DNA of 63,727 bases, counting the filler. It is 4 parts of 4 records of this genome, joined end to end, with 100 filler letters (N's around TTAATTAATTAA, not from the genome) between each part and the next. Parts side by side here need not be neighbours in the genome. Positions count along the whole stretch, not along the records: positions 53,386 to 63,727 come from SRR20825006_2893; 3 more parts are not named here. One strand, given 5' to 3'. Below the pieces are notes generated by a model, which searched no databases, was not told where the DNA came from, and saw only the letters and a list, made by a program, of their open reading frames with translations. The position numbers were made by a program, and so were the translations under genes. Shown piece by piece: positions 58,796-63,727 of this stretch; position 1 is the stretch's first letter, and every line of letters begins with the position of its first letter.

Positions 58796-59674
58796 TTAAA
58801 GCGTTCCGTTGTCTAATTTCTCTTGAGTCTTTTTCTTAACTAGGTTCTCTTTGTAGTCTAGCCATTTTTGTCCTCTAATCTTACGCATAGCATTTTCAAA
58901 ATGACGCATTATAAACACATTATAAAGTAATGTGCCCAGTTTTTTTGGAGATCTAGGAAACGCTCGTAAAGACATAGAAAAGCCTGCTGTGTCATAACTT
59001 ACATAATGCCAATAACCACTAGGAATAAAAAGAGCATCGCCATGGTGTAACACTGCTTTTATACCTTGTGCTTTTTTTAAGGCAGGATAGCTTTTAAAGT
59101 CTGGTTGTTCTATATTAATTTTTTCTATGTTATGAATGGTGTAGGGCACACGGTAAAGATATTTTGTTTGTTCTGGCGGAAACAACCACACTGTTTTTTT
59201 ACCATGAAAATGAAACAGCATGTTATTAGCCAAATCTATATCGTAATGCATAAGGACTTTAGAGCCTTCTCCTCCAAAAAATAACACTGGTAACTTTTTA
59301 AAAAACTTGAGTCCGATGTCGGGATATTTAAAATCTTTAGTTAATTCTGGAATATGGTTAAGGATGTTAAAAAAGAACATTCTAAGATCTGTGGGCTCTT
59401 TTTTAAGAAGCTCTATATAATCTTTAAGCTTCATTTTTTTTACTGGTTCTGCAGAGCTTTGCCTTCCTTTAGTAGGAACACTATCATAAAGAGGCACTGT
59501 TAAATTACCAGCTAAAGATTTTATATAATCTAAACTCCACGTTTTATAAGCAGGCCAATTTTTTGTTAGGTTACCTATAACAACAGGTTTTTGAGTTTTG
59601 AAATAGTTGTTTATAAATTGGTCTTTAGATATAGTCTCAACACGATCTGCAGCAGTTGTTTTAATACTATCCAT
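58796..59674 (-). CDS. JmjC/cupin-8 Fe(II)/2-oxoglutarate dioxygenase
   Basis: KPVVI..L...WPA...W, LFFGG, HYD (HxD), GKKTVWLF (2OG-binding Lys), GDALFIPSGYWHYV (distal His). Confidence 0.9.
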   Translation of the reverse strand: MDSIKTTAADRVETISKDQFINNYFKTQKPVVIGNLTKNWPAYKTWSLDYIKSLAGNLTVPLYDSVPTKGRQSSAEPVKKMKLKDYIELLKKEPTDLRMFFFNILNHIPELTKDFKYPDIGLKFFKKLPVLFFGGEGSKVLMHYDIDLANNMLFHFHGKKTVWLFPPEQTKYLYRVPYTIHNIEKINIEQPDFKSYPALKKAQGIKAVLHHGDALFIPSGYWHYVSYDTAGFSMSLRAFPRSPKKLGTLLYNVFIMRHFENAMRKIRGQKWLDYKENLVKKKTQEKLDNGTL

Positions 59675-59709
59675 AACGCATTAATAGTTTAAAATGAGAA
59701 TGTAAATGC

Positions 59710-61236
59710 TTAATTGCTTTCCCATACTTTTTTCATTAAATACTCTGTTCCTAAAATTTCTCCACAAGTTAACACACCGCTTATTGTAACGCCTAAAATA
59801 CCGTGCATATTTGTACTCTGTCCTGTAAAGAATAGGTTTTCTATCTTGGTTCTTGCAGAAACATTAGAGTGTAATGGAAAATTCACATCTTTTTCGTACC
59901 CATACATTGAGCCTCTATTACTACCAATATAATCTCTGTATGAAAGTGGTGTTGAGGTGTACACAGTTTCAATACAAGCTCTAATATCTGGAAATTTTTT
60001 CTCTAATTCTTTTATAAATTGTTCTGTTTTTTCTTCCTTAAACTCTTTATAGGTTTGGCCTCTGTTGTTCTTGTGAGAAACAGTATTAAAGGTGTCTTCC
60101 CAAGGTTTTACTTCGTCATAATTCATATAGGCTAAGGCTGTAAAATTGTCTGCCCAAATGTCATTATTAGTTTTTGGACCCATAGAAATCATATAAGATT
60201 CTGGCCAAGATTCTTTTGTGTAGTTTTGGGAAGACCAAACAGAATCTTCCGATTTGTAGTGGTATACATTGTAATTCTTGTAGCGAAAGGTATTTGGCTT
60301 TAAAACTACGTGAAGGCTAAATGCAGCTATTGTACTTTTTATATTTTTTATTCGTTTAATATAGGATTTTCGTAAAGCATCTGTCTTCAGAATATCTAAG
60401 GTTAACTTTGGTTCTATATTCGAAATAAATGTTTTTCCTTTTATTATGTGACCTTGGTTTGTTTTAACAGATACAGCAGTTTTGCCCTCACAAGTAATTT
60501 CTGTAACTTCTTGATGTTTAAATGCATGACCGCCATTTTCAAACAACCGTTTTATTAAAAATTTAGATATTTGACTTCCTCCGTTTAAGCACCTATAGGC
60601 ACTTTTAATATAAGAGTCAACAGATAAGGCGTGTACATAAAATGGCGTTTTATCTCCTTGACCAGCATAAAGCAAATTTGTTCCTGCTAATACGGCTTTT
60701 AATGTGTTGTTGTCTGTTATAGAATCTATATAAGATTTTGCACTTTCTTCAAACAAGTTAAAATCATCATATTCTGGTTTCCCAACTTTCATACAGTATA
60801 AGGGAAACTTAGATGTAGTGTTTTGAAGCTTTTTGCAATATTCAGAAATTGCTGTCTCTTCTTGAGGAAATTCTTCTAATAATGTGGCTTTAAAGTTATC
60901 TATACCTTGTGCGTGGCGATATTCTTTGTCATTTTCTCCAAATGTTATAACATCAAAACCATCTTTGTCTAACTTTTTTAGTTTTAGGTCATCTATAATA
61001 TCTAAATATTTAAAATATTGATACATATTTTGACCTTCTTCTAGTCCGCCTATATAATGTACACCAGTATCAAAAATTGTTTTTTCTCTTACAAAGGTTT
61101 GTAGGTTTCCGCCATATTGGTTGTTTTTTTCCAAAATGCAGACACTATATCCTTCTTTTGCAAAGATATTTCCAGCTACAAGACCACCTAAGCCACTTCC
61201 TATAATTACAATATCGTATTCTTGCTTTAACTTCAA
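59710..61236 (-). CDS. FAD-dependent oxidoreductase, phytoene desaturase / retinol saturase family
   Basis: IIGSGLGGL, EKN...GG, FDTGVHYIG, STPLSYRDY, NLFFTGQ..HGILGV; TTG start overlaps the upstream TGA. Confidence 0.9.
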   Translation of the reverse strand: MKLKQEYDIVIIGSGLGGLVAGNIFAKEGYSVCILEKNNQYGGNLQTFVREKTIFDTGVHYIGGLEEGQNMYQYFKYLDIIDDLKLKKLDKDGFDVITFGENDKEYRHAQGIDNFKATLLEEFPQEETAISEYCKKLQNTTSKFPLYCMKVGKPEYDDFNLFEESAKSYIDSITDNNTLKAVLAGTNLLYAGQGDKTPFYVHALSVDSYIKSAYRCLNGGSQISKFLIKRLFENGGHAFKHQEVTEITCEGKTAVSVKTNQGHIIKGKTFISNIEPKLTLDILKTDALRKSYIKRIKNIKSTIAAFSLHVVLKPNTFRYKNYNVYHYKSEDSVWSSQNYTKESWPESYMISMGPKTNNDIWADNFTALAYMNYDEVKPWEDTFNTVSHKNNRGQTYKEFKEEKTEQFIKELEKKFPDIRACIETVYTSTPLSYRDYIGSNRGSMYGYEKDVNFPLHSNVSARTKIENLFFTGQSTNMHGILGVTISGVLTCGEILGTEYLMKKVWESN

Positions 61237-63727
61237 TCTTCAATTTTTTTAAAGATACTAAGATTGTCTTCTTTAGTTATTAATTTAAATGCGTTTGTAT
61301 TACCAACTCTGTTTATTATACCATTTGAATTTATAATGATGATACTCTTATAGTTGCTGAAATTAATTGTTATTTCATCTTCAGAAAAGTTATCTAAAAT
61401 TAAAACAGATGCTGGCGTACTTAAAACGTCTTCTATCCTGTTGTAAAAGTTTAATTTATAATCTGAATGAGAAGTGTAGCTGTTGTTAAGTCTATTTAAA
61501 TCTTCTGTATTCTTAATAGCACTATAAATTTTACGATTTGGTGCGTGTAACGCCATTAAGATATCTAACTGTCCTTTATGGTTGCCAAGGTGTGCAATAA
61601 TTTCCTTTTTGTCTAGAAAATTAATAATATGGAAATAGATTGTCTTATTTTTTTCTAGATCTAATTTTACGTTTTCAAACAGTTTGTGTCCTTTGTATTT
61701 GTACTCGTTTAAAATTCTATCTTTAAAATAGGTTTCTGTTTCAATCCTGTTTCTTAGGTTATTAAATTCAGATTTAAAGTATTGGCTTATAAGTTTAGAT
61801 TTTTCTTTGTATGAAGTGCCGTAAGCTTCACTGTTGTATGGAATGCGCTTTAAAACTTCAACAGTAATTTTACCATCTTTAATAGCAAAACTACCTTTAG
61901 GAAGCACTTCGCTATTACCGTGAATAAGAATAGGAATAATGTCTAATTTTAATTCTTCAGCTAAATAAAATGCACCTTTATGAAAACGCCTTATGTAGTT
62001 AGTTTTAGATCTTGTGCCTTCTGGAAATGCCATTAAACTATAACCTTCATCTACTTTTTTCTTTAAATGCGACACGCCTTTCTCAATACCTCCAGAAACT
62101 GGATAAAATCCTGCTAATTGAACAGCCTTACCAAATATAGGAGAATTATAAACCCAGTCGTTAACCAAAAAAATAAGTTTTGGATGCATCATTCCTATTA
62201 CGAGGATATCTAAAAAAGAGGTATGATTGGCTATAAGTATTGCAGGTTTATTAAACGTTTCTTTTGTTGTATTAATAACTTCTTTTTTTACAAACGGATT
62301 GGTGTTTAACACAGATTTCATAAAACCAGATATTATTTTATGAAGAACAATCATTTTACTTCTCTTTTTAATTGGTAAAACCTTCATTACCGTAACACTT
62401 AAAAGAGATAGAAGTAATCCTCCTAAGCCATAATATAAAAATGAGAAACCAGAATGTATTAGTTGTCTTAGTGTGGCTGGCAATTGGTGCTTAGAGCCAA
62501 CCAATACTCGAAATAATAAAGGTTGTATTGTAAAAGCACAAAACATTGCAGAGAATATCCCAATTATGCAAACCAAAGCTATACTGTATAATGCAGGATG
62601 CTTGGCAAAGATTAATACACCAATGCCCAATATGGTTGTTATTACAGAAAGTGTGATTGAGGTTTTGTGAGTATATAGAGTTGGTGTCCCAAAACGGTAC
62701 TCTTTTAACAAGCCGTTGGTCATAAAAATGCAATAATCTACACCTAGACCAAAAATAAATGTAGAGATTATGATGTTAAAAATATTAAACTCTAAACCTA
62801 TTAACCCCATAAGACCAATAGTTAATAGCCAACTTAATAGTATAGGTATACTGGTAATTAGTGTAAGAGTTATGCTTTTATAAAAAAGCAGTAAAAGAAC
62901 AACCACTACAATTAATGAATATCCAATTAGCTTATTAAAATCTGTTTTAAGGTTACCAAGTAGTGTTTCATTTATTTGCTGCCTATCTATAACAACCGTA
63001 TTTTCTAAAGTTCTAAATGCATCTTTTACATCTATAACCTTTGTCTCTTTAACCTTGACTAAAGAAGTTACTGTAGTAAAGCCATTTTTAGTAGAAATAT
63101 AGTCTGCAAGATTTATAGACGCTAAAGAATTATAATCTGTAACATTAATAGGAGAAAAGGGTTTTTCTAAGACTTCATAAAAGGTGTTGAATGTAGTAGG
63201 TTTAAACCCAAACTTTGAACCTTCTGTCACCATCTCTTGTCGTAGTCGAGCTGTTTTTGTAGAATCCCAAAAGGTGTTCCAAGCTGAGATTTTTTCTTGT
63301 TGTAACGCTTTAGATTGTACAAGTGCACCAACATTGCTAAAGTTTAAAACTGTCTTATTTTCTTCAAGCGCGTTTAGTGTTTTATATATGCTGTCATTTT
63401 GCTGAAGAGCAGTTTGTAGAGTGTCACTATAACCGGTAATGTAAATAGATTTAGCTGAAAAATTTGTGAGCCTGTCTAAGCGTTGTTTAGCTTCAATTAA
63501 AGACTTTGGCTCATAATTAAGTTTAGAGATGTCATTATTAAATGAAGCGCTTTGATAAGTAAAGGCACTAACTATAAATAAAACTATTAAAGTGCCAATT
63601 ACCCATTTGTTTCTGTGAAATGAAAATTTAGAAAAGGAATCTATTATGTTAGATTTTTCTTGAATCTTTGAGTTTACACGATACACTTGTGGTATAAAAA
63701 TTAAGGCAAAAACTGAAGCGCCAAGAA
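61233..63727 (-). CDS. MMPL exporter / PlsC acyltransferase / degenerate methyltransferase fusion, 5' end truncated at the window edge
   Basis: Frame stays open past the track start to the edge (LGASVFALIFIPQVYR); MMPL motif FGLGVDY; PlsC motifs NHTSFLD and FPEGTRS; Rossmann-like tail IAHLGNHKGQLD. Confidence 0.9.
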   Translation of the reverse strand, partial: LGASVFALIFIPQVYRVNSKIQEKSNIIDSFSKFSFHRNKWVIGTLIVLFIVSAFTYQSASFNNDISKLNYEPKSLIEAKQRLDRLTNFSAKSIYITGYSDTLQTALQQNDSIYKTLNALEENKTVLNFSNVGALVQSKALQQEKISAWNTFWDSTKTARLRQEMVTEGSKFGFKPTTFNTFYEVLEKPFSPINVTDYNSLASINLADYISTKNGFTTVTSLVKVKETKVIDVKDAFRTLENTVVIDRQQINETLLGNLKTDFNKLIGYSLIVVVVLLLLFYKSITLTLITSIPILLSWLLTIGLMGLIGLEFNIFNIIISTFIFGLGVDYCIFMTNGLLKEYRFGTPTLYTHKTSITLSVITTILGIGVLIFAKHPALYSIALVCIIGIFSAMFCAFTIQPLLFRVLVGSKHQLPATLRQLIHSGFSFLYYGLGGLLLSLLSVTVMKVLPIKKRSKMIVLHKIISGFMKSVLNTNPFVKKEVINTTKETFNKPAILIANHTSFLDILVIGMMHPKLIFLVNDWVYNSPIFGKAVQLAGFYPVSGGIEKGVSHLKKKVDEGYSLMAFPEGTRSKTNYIRRFHKGAFYLAEELKLDIIPILIHGNSEVLPKGSFAIKDGKITVEVLKRIPYNSEAYGTSYKEKSKLISQYFKSEFNNLRNRIETETYFKDRILNEYKYKGHKLFENVKLDLEKNKTIYFHIINFLDKKEIIAHLGNHKGQLDILMALHAPNRKIYSAIKNTEDLNRLNNSYTSHSDYKLNFYNRIEDVLSTPASVLILDNFSEDEITINFSNYKSIIIINSNGIINRVGNTNAFKLITKEDNLSIFKKIED

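Noticed and set aside
55831..59674. Penicillin-like pathway (aryl-CoA ligase + C45 acyltransferase + non-heme Fe oxygenase)
   Set aside because: The analogy is superficial: no ACV synthetase is present, the oxygenase is JmjC rather than IPNS-type, and the neighbours point to flexirubin/lipid chemistry.
59710..61236. Carotenoid crtI gene
   Set aside because: Same superfamily, but there are no crtB/crtY/crtZ neighbours and the context is the MMPL/C45 operon.

Overview
This window is not one genomic locus. It is four unrelated contigs joined by artificial 100-nt spacers (44 N + TTAATTAATTAA + 44 N) at 19948-20047, 34007-34106 and 53286-53385. Contig A (1-19947; relatively GC-rich gammaproteobacterium, tentatively Methylophaga-like) carries partial argH, hemC-hemD-hemX-hemY-kef, dnaN-dnaA / rpmH-rnpA-yidD-yidC-mnmE, an alanine/glycine symporter, corA, gloA, a PLDc_N microprotein and the end of an RND efflux operon. 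Contig B (20048-34006; AT-rich Flavobacteriaceae) carries DoxX, a large T9SS-secreted choice-of-anchor-I phosphatase-like protein with an internal 540-nt duplication, a menA-MBL hydrolase-menC-CPBP-menE run, a SusC-N/vWA fusion, a carboxyltransferase, a small membrane protein and partial ettA. Contig C (34107-53285; Hyphomicrobiales alphaproteobacterium, tentatively Devosiaceae-like) is the core clpB-DUF4167-prmC-prfA-ptsP-lysC / ubiG / comF / mutT-argJ / secA region with several small insertions, including an orphan Flp pilin whose invariant Glu+5 is Gln. Contig D (53386-63727; AT-rich Flavobacteriaceae) carries a lipoprotein Omp85 and the distal end of a flexirubin/aryl-polyene-type operon (MMPL-acyltransferase fusion, FAD oxidoreductase, JmjC dioxygenase, C45 Ntn-hydrolase lipoprotein, aryl-CoA ligase). 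No rRNA, tRNA, CRISPR array, transposase or phage gene was recognised. The best novelty candidates are the JmjC oxygenase embedded in the pigment/lipid operon, the duplicated-domain T9SS enzyme with Pho-box-like repeats, the E5Q Flp pilin, and a dnaA-dnaN locus with no recF-gyrB and no visible DnaA boxes. All assignments are by eye from motifs and synteny; no database searches were run.
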